From Lama guanicoe (taxonomy: Eukaryota), in contig MU055600.1 in the NCBI GenBank assembly GCA_013239625.1, positions 21,465,520 through 21,529,519 on the forward strand: a stretch of 64,000 nt of DNA, read 5' to 3'. The notes beneath the pieces are model-generated. The model was not told where the DNA came from, did no database searches, and saw only the letters and a program-made list of their open reading frames with translations. The translations under genes were made by a program, and so were the position numbers. The number at the start of each line of letters is the position of its first letter. The stretch's first letter is position 1. Below, piece after piece: positions 11,831-23,780 of this stretch.

Positions 11831-12114
11831 TGAAGGATGTTAGAAACAGTGAGGGATTCACCCCTCTGGTTCCCACGTGGCTTTGCCTCGCGCAGGGGAG
11901 GCTGCAGTGGGGACGGGCCGTCTGGGAGACGCAGGAGCAGGGGATGACGCCGGTCTGGGGAGGGGGTGGAGGGGTCACGGGGGGTGGGGGTGGGCAGGGC
12001 CGCCTCCGACCCATCCGGCACTCAGTGGATGTCCATATGTGCTCCGTCCTCTCATAGAGGGATTGTCAAAGGGCTGGAGAGCAGCCGGCTCGAAGGACAA
12101 GGAATGCGGATGAC

Positions 12115-12695
12115 TTAGAAGCAGATGAAAAGACGCCAGCCTCAGTCATAATCAAAGAAATGCAAAATAAGACAAGGGCTGTTTTTCACTTAGCAGACTG
12201 GCCGAGATCACAGCGTCTGAGCACACGGGCTGGTAGCCAGGGGCTCCGCCCACTCCGCCGGGGCCGTCACGTCCGTCAGAAGGGAAGACGCAGGTGCCTG
12301 AGACGCGGCCGCTCTGCTCTAGGGCCTGCGCTCTGCGCTCCTGTGCAGGAGGGGTGGACAGGTGCTCGCTGTGGTGCTGCTGTCTCGGCCGGAGGTTAGG
12401 AGCCACGTTTTCAGTAGGGGTCTGAGTAAATAAACCATGCTGCCTTGGTCAGACGGAACACCGCGCTCAGCGCGAGGCACCTCGGAGACAGATTTATAAG
12501 TGATAAAGTCAAGGTGAAGAACAAAGTATACAATGTCCTATTTTTGTAAGTGCAGCTCCCTAGGGGGCGGACTGAGGTATCTGAGGGTCTGAATTAAAGT
12601 CAACATTCATTGTTTCTATGTTCATCCTGTTGGGTTATTTGATCACGTTCATGTGTCTTGTTTTCAATTTCAACATGTAATTTAAAAATAAAGGC
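12115..12695 (+). mobile_element. Old L1ME 3' fragment
   Basis: gatgaaaagacgccagcctcagtcataatcaaagaaatgcaaaataagacaa is a classic L1 ORF2 3' motif; later agtaaataaaccatg and an aaaaataaa tail. Confidence 0.7.
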
Positions 12696-14859
12696 TTGTT
12701 GAATTAATAATTGGATTAAGAAGCCACAGAGAGGCATTTGGATGCGATGACGTGTGCCAGAGGGAGCCATTGGTGGTTCTCGAGCGGGGAGAGCAGCAGA
12801 GGAGTGGTGGTTGTTGAGGAGGAACAAAACTGTGCCAGGGAGAGGGGCCTGGTCAGCGGGCCGGGCCACGGCGGCACGGTCCCCAGGCAGGCAGGCTGCA
12901 CCCAGGGCGTCTGGGGTCAGGGTCAGAGGAAGGGCCACTTCCTGAGTGCGCAGCCTCTCCTCCTACCCAGTCTGGGGGATTCTCTGCTGCCACGCCCCGT
13001 TACAGCCCACAGCTTTCCCGGGCGGTCTATGGGGCAATTCTCAGGTTCTGTGCAGCGCAGTTACTTGCTTCTTAACCACGGTCTCTTGAGCTCCCTTCAT
13101 CTCAGCCGCTGGTTGGAGCCCCTCATCCTCTCGCTCCCTGCACTTCCACCAGGGCTCTGCTTGCTTTCGCCCCCAACGCAGCCTCCCCACCCCCTTCCCC
13201 GACTCTCCCCTCTGAGCCCTCTGCTCCCCCCCCCCGCAGAGACACCCTGTTCCCGGGCTCGGCCATTCCCTTTCCCTGGCTTTTCCGGGAGGAGCCCGCC
13301 CGCCTTCCTCCAGTGTACCCTTAGGTACGACCCTCCACTTCATCCTCGCTTGGCTAGGCACCCAGGGAGGTCTCCATGGATCCTAAACCCCAGGAAGAGG
13401 GTGTGGGGAAGGGATGACGGAGGCAGACTACGGCAAGGGGAAAATGTGTCCTGCCTCGCTTCACCTCAGCGGGTCTACGTATTTTAATTTTAAATACCGT
13501 TTCAAGTTATTTACCAGTGAGTGAAATGAATGCTCCCAGAGATGCCCCAAGCTGACCACTGATGCCACAGCCCAGGGTTTCTCAGCCCCGCGCTCTTGCC
13601 AGGCTGGGCGGGTGAGTCTTTGCCGTGGGGCGTCCTGTGCACAGAGGGAGGGGGGCAGCATCTCTGCCCACTGGCCGCCGCCGGTGGCTCTGCCCCCTCC
13701 AGCTGTGACAGAAAACATGCCTCCACGCTCACCCAGAGAGGCCACCCCTTGTCCTTTCACGGTCCCCCTCGTACAGAACCACGCGCAGATGGGGCAGCGG
13801 TCACGACGCCTCTCCCTGGGTCCTCACCTGGAGCCACAGTGGGGAGTTTCCCGCGTTGCAGGGGAGGCAGGCAGCGGCTGGCGTGGTGCCCTGTAAGTCA
13901 CAGCACAGAGACCACCCGCACTCGTCCCCTCTCAGAACACGGACCTGGGTCCCCAGGCCTGACCCACTTCCAGAACGCTGAGATTCTCAGCCTCCTTCTA
14001 GTCAGATTCTTCTCGGTTCTTTGGCGCCCACCCAGAACTACCCGTGCTCTGCCTCCTAGACTCTTTTATTGCTAGGTCTACAAGGGCAATAAAAACAAAA
14101 AAAAAAGGCTCAAAGGTTTCCGGGACATCAAATAGCTCCTTTTAAATTAAAAAGAAAGGGTAAGGGGAGACCTCCCACCTCTGTGCTTTGTCACACGAGT
14201 GAATTAGACACACATGGGTTACGGCTCCTTCTGGCCGGGCACTGTTTAAAGACACAAGGAGATAGCCCTTAAAAGGCTTCCCCGCGCCGTGTGGCTGCCT
14301 GGGTTTGCAGCGGTGAGGGCCGGAGCCCGGGAGCTGGGAGAGCCGCTAAGCCGCGGGTGGAGCCCTGCGCGCTGTGGCCGGACGGCTGCCCCGCCGCCCG
14401 GGGCTCGGGGGCGGCGTGGAAGGGAAGCGGAGCCCGGATGCTGGGCTCGTCCTCAGCAGCTTCTGCACGTGAGGTGCGCGTTCCGCCTTCTGGGTCTTTG
14501 CGCAGGCTCTTCTCTGCCTGGAAGGCCCTATCTCCCCATGAGCTTACCGTCTCCCTTGCTCTTCCAAGTGTGAGCAAAGATACATGCAAATCTATGCATG
14601 CGCGTGTGTGCGGTCACGCGTGTCTGTATGTAAACAACGAAATACATTTACATTGCAATGTGGTTTATATGATGGAACGTGGAACCTGGCGAAGCGCCGT
14701 GCAGTGGCAGAGGAGTAAAGAACTGGTGGTGTGGGTCTGCAGCGCAATGGCACTCAGGCGGCAAAGACGGAAGACTCCAACGGCCATTGGCTTGACTGGA
14801 TGAACAGAAGCTGAAACAGCATGTAGGACCCCATTTAAAAAGCACATTAGACCAAGAGG

Positions 14860-15215
14860 GTTCTGGGAAGATGACAGAGTGCGACGCACCAGGACTCTGT
14901 CTCCCCGTTTAGACACCAAGCGCAGAATCTGTATGAAGGAACCACTGTGGAGGCTGCCGAGGGCTGGCGAGTGCCCGGGGAAGGCTGTGGTGGTAAACGG
15001 CCGTTGACCTGGCCCAGCTTCGGCTCCCAGCTCAGCAGCATCTGCCTCCCGCCACCCCAGCCCCGTGGCAGCAGCTACGCGCAGGTTCCAAGAGCAGGTG
15101 TGGGGAGCCGGGGGGAGCCCTAAGGACCCTGCCTTCAACCGAGAAGCCTGTCCTGCAAACCTGTCTTTCAAAAACGAGGGCGAAGTCGAGACCTTCCCAG
15201 ACAAACAAAAGGTCC
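14860..15215 (+). mobile_element. L1M 5' end joined to an ORF1 C-terminal fragment
   Basis: ttctgggaagatgacagagt...gcaccaggactctgtctcccc...tagacac resembles the L1M 5' end. The 15132-15212 segment includes PANLSFKNEGEVETFPDKQK, similar to L1 ORF1 PAKLSFKNEGEIKTFPDKQK. Confidence 0.8.
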
Positions 15216-15989
15216 GTGTATCCGGTTCTGTGCTGCGGCTGCGGGTCGCTGCCTCTGCTCACAGGCGCGAAGACGGGGGGCGCAAGCCCCTCCACCTCCA
15301 GCTGCAGCCGCTGCGAGGGGAGGGACAGGGCCCAGCGCCTTTTTCTCGCCTCTTCGTTTTCTTTTGGCACCCAGACGTAAAAGGACCAGGACATTCCAAA
15401 GCACCTGTCCGAAAGTTGATAGAAATCATTTCCATCTATATGGAAGGCCATTATTGTCCCCGCCTGGTGGTGGAAGACACTGAGGATCAGAAAGAGCAAG
15501 GAATTTATTCAAAGTCACAGAGACAATAAACTGAGAATCAGGGACTTGAGCCCAGGTCTACTCAAAAGAACATGATTGTTTCATTAACTCAGCACAGGCT
15601 CTGTGGGGTGTGTGTGTGCGTTTACAGAGAAAGAGATGGTTTGAAAGAACACAGGCGAGTTCCCCGCTCCTGCCACCCCTGCTGGTGGGGGAGACGGTGT
15701 TAAACGGCCGATTGTCCAGCGGTTGGTCTCATGCATCTTTACGCATGTGTTCGCTTGTCGCTGCCTGGCTGTCCGGGCCAGGTCAGCTCTGCTATCATGT
15801 CCCCCCGCCTCCCCGAGCGTCCTGTGTTCCCGTCAGAGCACTTACCGCAGTAGCGGTTCAGTTACTTGTGCACCTTCCTCAACACTGCTCTCCTTCACGG
15901 GGCTGCCAGCTCGTGAGGGCAGGGACCTGCCTCCCTTGGGCAGCACTATGTCATCCTCTTTTTCTTAATGGTTTTATAATGCTTGCTTC

Positions 15990-16172
15990 ACTTTTTTAAT
16001 CTAATTTTTATTGAAGTGCAGTTGATTTATAGTGTTGGTGTCAGGGGCAGAGCAAAGCGGTGCAGCTATACCTGAACAGATGCCTTTCCATTACAGGTTA
16101 TTGCAAGAAAGTGAATGCTGTTCCCTGTGCTACACAGGAGGCCCCTGTTGCTCACCTGCTTTGTGTGTCACG
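15990..16172 (-). mobile_element. L1 3' tail inserted into an L2 3' end
   Basis: tttttattgaagtgcagttgattta...ggttattgcaagaaagtgaatgctgttccctgtgctacacagga is a reverse L1 tail. L2 motifs on both sides (gtgagggcagggac; cacctagcacagg). Confidence 0.85.
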
Positions 16173-17783
16173 TATCACCTTGCACCTAGCACAGGGGGCA
16201 GAGTGTGTGCTCCTAGGATTTGTTTCACAAATAGATGCATGGTAGGATGGACGGACACATGGATGGAGTCGTACATGTTTGGATGCTCAGATGGACAGGT
16301 GGATCTCAGCTCAGTGGAGGCCTGAGACATGCAGGGACCCAGAGCCCTAGGCCTGGGGCTCTGGGCTGAGAGTCACGGCAGACCAACATGATGGTATCTC
16401 TGTCCCCAAACCCTGCCCGGGCCATGAGTCACCCATACTTGCTGAAAACCACATGCTTCTTTCCGCAACGAGGCTGCCCAGAGGGGCCCCCAGGCCTCCA
16501 AGGGCATCAGGAAAACTCTGCTTACACGCACAGTGACTGCAGCCCCTGGTCGCCGCCGGCTCTCTGATGTGCTCTGTGTGAGTCAGAACTGCGGTGGCCT
16601 CAGTGCTGCTCCTGTGTCAGCAGCCCTTGGACGTCTTTGAAAGAGCACAGCCGGAAGCGGCAGGCTGTCTTTGGGTTAAGACTGCAGACCGTCCTTTGAT
16701 TTGATGGCTCCTCGATTTGATTATAACCAGACTTGGGATGAAAGGGACAAAAATGTCCAAGAGAGAAATGGGGGGACCCTCCCACTAGGGCAACATGAGG
16801 GAGATGCTCCAGGCCTTCGGGGGGAACGTCTCCAGCCCTGCTCTCCAGCGGGTCCACTGTCGGTACCATCATCCCGCTCAGACGAGGGTCTGACACACCT
16901 TGAACTCCCTCGCTTCCTTTCTCACCTATGCTCTCCTCTTGCCACGGATGCCACCCCGTTTCCCATCCCTGCAGCTCTCAGATCCAAGCGCGTGCAGCCT
17001 CCCGGCTCCGGGCCGGGGCTCCTTTCCCCCCTCCCCCGGCTCCTGACCCGCCCGCTCTCTGTGCTCCTGTCGCACCCATTTCCCACCTGGCAGTTGCTCA
17101 CGTCACTCTTAAAGAGACTGTGCCTCTTGCCGTGTTCCGTCACAGCTTGCAGACAGAAAATTGTGGTGCCATGGGGACACCACATGGCACTCTTGGGGCC
17201 AAGAGGAAGAACCTGGACGCTGACTCGGCTATTTCCTTCTTGTCTGGTCTCAGAGAAGGTCACCCTGCAACCAGGGGTGTTCCTGGGTAGCTATGAACGT
17301 GAAGTAAGACGATGGTCATTAGCGTGCGCTGTGATGTGCAGTGGCTGGCGGGTGTGCGGGCTGAGCCACGCCACCGTCATCCTCAGTCTCCGTGCCATTT
17401 CCAGCATCAGCACCATCACCCTCTCGTCGTCATCACATGCTGTTCACGCGTGCTACCTTCCAAACCAGAGCCTCTTGTGGGGGCCCCCAGCACACCGAGC
17501 ACAAGGCCAGGTACACAGTTGGGACCCGGTGACCCTTTCTTACTCACCTGATACACTCAGAGGAACGTAAGTCAGGGGGAGAAGGCTGGGTTTGACAGGA
17601 CGTCGTACAGAGATCCGGCTTTCTTCCTCTGTCTGATGAGGCACAGCTGGAAAGCAAGCACATTCTGAAAGTCAGACGCCTCCCTGCCTGACGTGGTCTT
17701 GGGCACTGTTTTGCCACGGTCCCTAACGCACCAGGGCACTTCCTAACTCACGGTCTCACCCAGCCTTCGAGAATCCTGAGAAA

Positions 17784-17915
17784 GGGGGCAGTGTGGCTCA
17801 GTGGCAGAGTGTGTGCTTAGCACGCATGAGGTCCTGGGTTCAAGCCCCACTGCCTCCACTAAAAAATCCTAAATACCTACCCCTCCAAAAACGTACAATA
17901 AGAAAGTTTTCTGAA
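17784..17915 (+). mobile_element. tRNA-Ala-derived SINE (Vic-1-like) with a 15-bp target-site duplication
   Basis: gtgtggctcagtggcagagtgtgtgcttagcacgcatgaggtcctgggttcaagccc. TSD gagaatcctgagaaa (17769-17783) / gagagtcctgagaaa (17916-17930). It interrupts a MIR. Confidence 0.9.
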
Positions 17916-18231
17916 GAGAGTCCTGAGAAACCTAAGTGCATCAGTGCCCCACTTTACAGTCAAGCGAAGTGAGGCCCAGCAAGGCCAAGGGGCTCGCTCG
18001 TTTCACGGCAAAGCAGTGAATCACCGGTAGAACCCAGCCTGGGAAGCAGGCTCCTAGCCTTGGCCTTGGCTCTTTCCCGGGGGAGACTCACTGCACTGAA
18101 ATAATTTTCTGCCACGAATTTAGAGAGAGATTTTAGAACTGTCACTATTGGTCGTGGTGTCCTTGCCAGGACCCATCACCATCCGCATGCTATGCCTGAG
18201 GGGACCGAGGCTCTGAGCGGTGAGATGTCCT

Positions 18232-18291
18232 GCCAAGGTCAGAGAGAGGAGTGGGGCCAGGGCCAAGGTCAGAGAGAGGAGTAGGGCCAGG
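18232..18291. repeat. 30-bp tandem duplication (2 copies, 1 mismatch) inside a MIR remnant
   Basis: gccaaggtcagagagaggagt(g/a)gggccagg x2. Confidence 0.95.
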
Positions 18292-18534
18292 CTCTCATCC
18301 CCTAACACCCACTGAGCACATCGAGGCCTGTGGGCTGAGCCTCCTGCCGGTGTGAACCTCTCCCCATTCTCCGGTTCCCCCACTCACAGGAAGTTCAGGT
18401 CAACCACATCCTGCCACGTCCCTGCAGACGAGATAATGATCCTCACCACCACCATTCTCTGTCCCACCACAGCCCAGCCCGGCCCGGAGAAGGCGACGTC
18501 AGCGCTGGAAGGGGCCAGGCTCTGTGCTCCATGG

Positions 18535-18695
18535 CGCATCCCCCTCCAGAGTCATCTGGGACACTTGTTAACAGTCAAGTCCCCAGGCCATCTCTAGATG
18601 AGGCCATGGAGCCCAAGTAGGGGCCTGGGGATCTGCATTTTAGACAAGCCCCCTGCATCATTCTAGGAGTGTTCAAGTGTGGGAAGCCACTAGTC
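18535..18695. mobile_element. MER5-type hAT-Charlie MITE
   Basis: atctgggacacttgttaa...ggggcctggggatctgcattttagacaagccccc...aagtgtgggaagccact. Confidence 0.75.
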
Positions 18696-19055
18696 CAGCT
18701 CTCATTTTCAGAGAGAGAAACTGAGGTCCAGAGAGGCCCCCAGCAGCGCGGGGTGGGTTGCCTCTTCAGCACGCCTGTTCCTTCTGTGTAAAGGGACCAG
18801 TGAGGCTACTGAATTCGCACTCCGCTGTTAGGGAAACGGGCGGGGAAGGCTGACTAGGCCGGCTGGGGCCCTCAGCCAGCCAGCTCCACATAAGCAAAGG
18901 AATGAAACTTCGCAGAGGGTGAGAACGGCTTTTGGAGGCCCTCCAGGAGAACTCCGTGCATCCAAGGCTGCATCCACAAGTAGACAATTTGGAAGGCGCC
19001 TCCTTGGAGCGTCGTGGAGCTGACCTCCAGGCCAGAAGGAGGAACACACCAGCCC

Positions 19056-19250
19056 AGGAGTAGGAGAACCGCTGCCCGCAGGGCCGAGCTGGCCTGCTGC
19101 CTGTTTCCGTGAAGTTTGGCTGGAGCATCGCCACCCCCACTTGTTTGTGTATTGTTTGTTTATGGCTGCTTTGCTTTTGTGCTAAAATGGCAGAGTAAAG
19201 CCTAAAATATTTCCTGCCTGGCCCTTTCCCGAAGAAGCTTGCCAGCCCCC
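19056..19250. mobile_element. MER58A hAT-Charlie MITE
   Basis: ggcctgctgcctgttt...cttgtttgtgtattgtttgtttatggctgcttt...aaagcctaaaatatttcctgcctggccctttcccgaagaagcttgccagcccc. Confidence 0.85.
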
Positions 19251-21964
19251 CACCTCAGCCCATCAACCACCCAGCAGAGCTCCGTCCCCGTGGCCGTCCC
19301 AGAGGGTCTCTGGGTTTCCCACCCCTGCATCCCCGGCACCCGAGCAGCACAGGGCTGGGCATGTTGTGGATACTAGAAAAATGGGTAAATGAATGAACCA
19401 TCATAATAAGCTATTTTACTTCCCGTTGCACAAATGAGAAACCACAGCCCTCAGGGAAGGTCAAGGATCCGGCCCGAGGTCTCCGCGTTAGAAGGTGCCA
19501 GGGTTAGCCTTTGTCTCGATCCACAGGACAGTGTTTTCCCCTATAAACTTGAGCAACGGTCAGGTGGAATCTTGCCAGGAATCTGCTGAAGTGGGGCCAA
19601 GTGTTGATCTTTTGGAAGAAGGGGCTGGAGAGGCGGGAACGCGTAGGAAGAAACCAAGACTCACCCGCAGGGGGAAGACCCTGTGCCTGTTGCTGGGAAA
19701 GCCGATGCCCGGGGACGACAGGGCCTGACTCACACTGCAGTGCTGGCTTCCATCCGGGCCTGCTCGCCTCTTCACTGGAGGTGAGCACTGGAGCTCACTC
19801 ACCTGGAAGCGAAGGCAGGCCCTTCAGGGAGTACAGAAAGGGGAGAGAAAGTGCGCCAAGCATGTGTACCAGAGCAGATGCAAAACGAGTTAGGCTCCGG
19901 GCTCCGTGGTGGGAGTCCCTGCAGGCCTCACGGGGAGCCTGGCGGTGGGGCTGTGGTGGACATGCCAGCGCAGGAAGGGCCTGGGCCCGACGACCACGAA
20001 GCCTCTCCCAGCTCCGGGGGGCTCGCCCTGACCACACGGCTTGAGCCAGCCCTGGCGGTCTCCCCTTCCAGCTCACTGAGAGGCTTCAGGGCTCAGGACC
20101 GGTTCTCTTGGACCCGACGGACCCGGCCCGGACGGCCACGGACAGTGGGAGACCGTCTGGGCTGGCTGATGGGACCCCGTCGTTGTCTTTCCCAAGCAAA
20201 CCCCATCCACCTAGTGTGGTCCGCAATGTATGCTCTCTGCTTCTTTTAGGTGGAGTCGGCATGAGAGCCTGAGCGCTCAGATCCAATTTTGCCGGCCTGT
20301 TTCTCTCGCCCTTACAGTTGTGTCCCTGACACTTGACTCGCCAGGAAGCCGTCTGGCCACCCCGGTGTTGATCTCCCTCAAGCACCCAACCTGGCTGGTG
20401 AAGAAACAACCCGTCTCTCGCTCGTTCCCTTGTGTTGTGAAGTAACAATCGCGCTGTTTAATTAGTCACAGGAACAGGGTGCGAACAAGAAGGAGTAGCG
20501 CTTGACAAGCACACAGAACTCAAGCGACGGGAGCAGATGTGCCCGGGAGACGGACGCGCCTGCTGGCCTCCGGCTGTGGTGCATCCCGGACGCCGCGCTG
20601 ACCGCGGGGCCCGGGGCCTCCCTCAGTCTGGCGAGGTGGTCGGCCGGAGGCTGCGTAAGAGGGTCCTGCTGTCTAAGCAGGTGCCGCGGCCCCTCGCCGT
20701 GCGCAGGGCACCGTCCCGGGGAAGCCGCAGACTCTCTGAGGCCGGCAGAGCGAACTTTCATCCAAGCAACGGGGGGCGGGTCACGGATGACAGCGACTTT
20801 CTCGAGGACCAAGGCACAGTGATTGTCTCCTTTGCGTCTGTGCTGCCGGGGCCCAGCGCAGAGTGGGCACGGGAGAGAAAGTCCATTGTTTATGGGACGG
20901 AAGGGAGAGATGGACAGTGAGGCCCGAGTCCCCGCAGCTCCCGCATGAGCACGTGTGGCGCGCACACCCGGGCCCGGCTCTGGGCCTGGAGACGGAGCTG
21001 CCTCGCCTGCGCAAGCCGTGTGCTTCCTGCGCCCCCCCGCCTGTCCCCTGAGCCCTCTGTCTCCTCTGGTGTTCCTGTGGAGCTCTTCCGCAAAGTGGCC
21101 CAGGAAGAGCCTGCTGGGAGCTCGGGGATGCTGCCCGGCTCGCGTGCTGAGGGGTCCCCATTCCTCTCACCTTCACCCCTTGGCTTCCACCTCACCTCTT
21201 ACTTCCATCTCCAAGTCTTTCCGCACTTATGCAAAACATCCTGGCCGGGCTCCCCTCCAGCTCTGGGGAAACCCTAAACCTCACAGTGAAAATAAGGGGC
21301 CCGTTTGCCCCGAGAAACTAGACACAAACAAGCCTGGGGTGACCGCTGGGCCAGAGCTGTTCCTCCAGATGAGTCACAGGGCCCACTCGCCACGGTCTCT
21401 CCCCGGCTCCCCCTCCAGCCCCAGCTCGTCCGGAGGGCTGGCCTGGGTACAAGCTCGGCCGATGAGCCGGGGGTGAGGAGGGGAGGCTGGGGAGGGACGT
21501 GGCCGAGGAAGCCGCAGCGACCTTCCACCTGGGTGGGGCTTCTCTTTTCTTCTTTTAACCTCCAGCTAAACTGCTCGAAACTGCTTGTCAGCACCTCGGC
21601 TTCCTTCCTGCCCGCACCGCTGAGAGAGGGTGCACAGGAGGGGATGGTGGCCCAGCCCCACCTTCACTCCCTCAGGCAGGCAGCAGTGCGGCTTATTTCT
21701 CAGCAAACGTCTACTGAAGTCTGTTTTCTGATGGGAACGTGATAGCCCCGGAGCTGATGGTTAGCGAGGCCAGACGGCACACTCTCCCTGCCGGCGGGGC
21801 CTCTGCCTGCTCACGGCCGTCTGCTCATGGCCCGGAGCGGCGCGTGGCGTCTAGAGGCACTCAGTCAGGATGTGTTGAGTGAATGCGTGACACAAAGAGG
21901 TGCAGCTGGCACCCCGAGTGCAAGGCTTCCACGTGCCCTGGGCCATGGACTGCGTCATGGGTCA

Positions 21965-22175
21965 CCTTCGGGTCCAGGGAGGGCTCCTTTGCGCAGATGA
22001 TGACCCAGCTGAGGGTCCAGGGAGTGAGGAGAGAGCAGCTAAAGGCAGGGACAGGTGGTGCCGGGAAGAGTGTTCAGGCAGAGGGAACAGCATGGCTGAA
22101 GGTCCTGAAGCAGGAGGCAGCAGAGTCCCTGGGGGCTGGCGGGGGTGGGTCAGAGTGACCCTGGAGAGGGCAGCA
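21965..22175 (-). mobile_element. L2 LINE fragment
   Basis: gggaagagtgttcaggcagagggaacagcatggctgaaggtcctgaagcagga is a hallmark reverse L2 motif. Confidence 0.8.
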
Positions 22176-22452
22176 GGCGGTGCCTGGCGCCGGGGAGAGG
22201 ACGCCAGCGGCCTCCGCAGAGCGACGAGCAGCCGCTGAATCGAGTTCACCGGGAGCCGACGTGGTCAGACGCGCGTTGGCAACATGAGTTGTGATGCGTC
22301 TGGAACAACGCACCTGGAAGTGTCTGGGGACACAGGGCTACGCGGGGCTGGAGCGCTGAGCTCAGCTGCGGCTGGAGTTTGAACCGCCGTGTTTCCACCC
22401 GACGGCAGGTTTGCGCTCAGTCACTGCGTGATGTGTTTCACTTAACAAGCAC

Positions 22453-22478
22453 CGATGTTGCGATGTTGCGATGTTGCG
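22453..22478. repeat. (CGATGTTG)3 short tandem repeat
   Basis: cgatgttgcgatgttgcgatgttgcg. Confidence 0.9.
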
Positions 22479-22999
22479 TTACTCCTCACCAGACACCGTC
22501 CTGAGGGCTTCGCAAATGTTCACTCACTTAACCCTCACACCGACCTCGGGCACTGTGCTGTAATGATCAGGTTTAAAAGGTGAGGCAGCGGGGGTGGGGC
22601 ATTCAGACTGGGACCACACGTGGCAGTAGCAGAGTCGTCCTCGGTTTCTGTGGGGCACCCAGGGCTCCGGAAGCCTCCCTTGCCCAAGTGCAGGGGCGGG
22701 GCGGGGCGGGGGTCTGGCTCAGGAGCTGCCGCGGGGCTGACTCGGGAGGCCAGGCGGGGCTTGAACGAGAGCCAGTCAGCTGTCGGGGGTGCACAGCGCC
22801 AGTCGGGGTACGGTGGCAGGAAGAGACCACCGTAGCAGTCCTGACAGCTCTCCACATCTGAGGAATCCCTGCTCTTTCTCCACCTTCGCATCACCTGCTT
22901 CATGGATCCCACACCTGCCTCTTTCTCGGTGGACCCCTTCATCTTAGCAGAAGCCCCCCTCCAGTAGCATCCTGAGACGGGGAGCATGGAAGGCAAATT

Positions 23000-23780
23000 T
23001 GGGAGGAATCTGCATTTGGAAAATGTCTCTGAAGCCTCTGCTGCGGTGTTATTTGGCTGGGTCACAACTACACCGCAAATTGCTTTTCCTCAGAACTTTG
23101 AAGACTTTTCTTCTGCTTTTCGGCGCTGCTGCTGGGAAGCCCACACGTGATCGATAGTTTGGCTGGGTATAGAGCCCCAGGGGGCAAGTCAGCTTCCAGG
23201 GCCGTTGTTGAGAAATCCAGCGTCATCCCGCACCGGGTCCTTTATATGGCTCTTCTTTTTGCTTTTGCTTTCTGGAAGTCTTCAGTGTTCCTTTTATCCC
23301 TGGTATTCTAAAATTTCACAATAATTTGCCTCGATGTGGGTCTTTTTGTCGTTTGCTGTGTCGAGCATGTGGTGGATCCAGACAAGGAAACGCGTGATTT
23401 CAGTTCTGGGGGTTCTATGCGTGTGTTACTTCCTTGAATGTTGCCTCCCCTGCGCTGCCTCCATCCCCCCCGCCTTCTGGAGCCCGGACTCTCTGGGTGC
23501 GGAGAGCCCTCGATGGCCCCTGCAGTTCCCTTCTCTTTCTTTCCTATTTTCGTCTGTTGATGGGTTTTTGTCTTACCTTCGGAGAGTTCGCCTCATGCAT
23601 GTTCCAAATGTGGTGTTATTTAAAACTTTCATTTCTGGTCTGTTAATTTTAATTTTCAAGAGCTCTGTTTAACTCTCAGTGTGATTCTCCACTGTTCCTT
23701 CTTGCATTCTGTTTTTGGCTTTTTGGAGGCAATATCTTTTCATCTCTCTGACGGTATTACTTACTCTGATGATATTTTGA
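23000..23780 (-). mobile_element. Ancient L1ME/HAL1-like ORF1 region, reverse orientation
   Basis: gatagtttggctgggtatag...gttgagaaatcc...tattctaaaatttcacaataatttgcct...ttcagttctggg...taattttcaagagctct. Confidence 0.75.

Noticed and set aside
18232-18291. 30-bp direct repeat as a CRISPR-like array
   Set aside because: Two adjacent copies with no spacer, inside a MIR in a mammalian genome; a simple tandem duplication.
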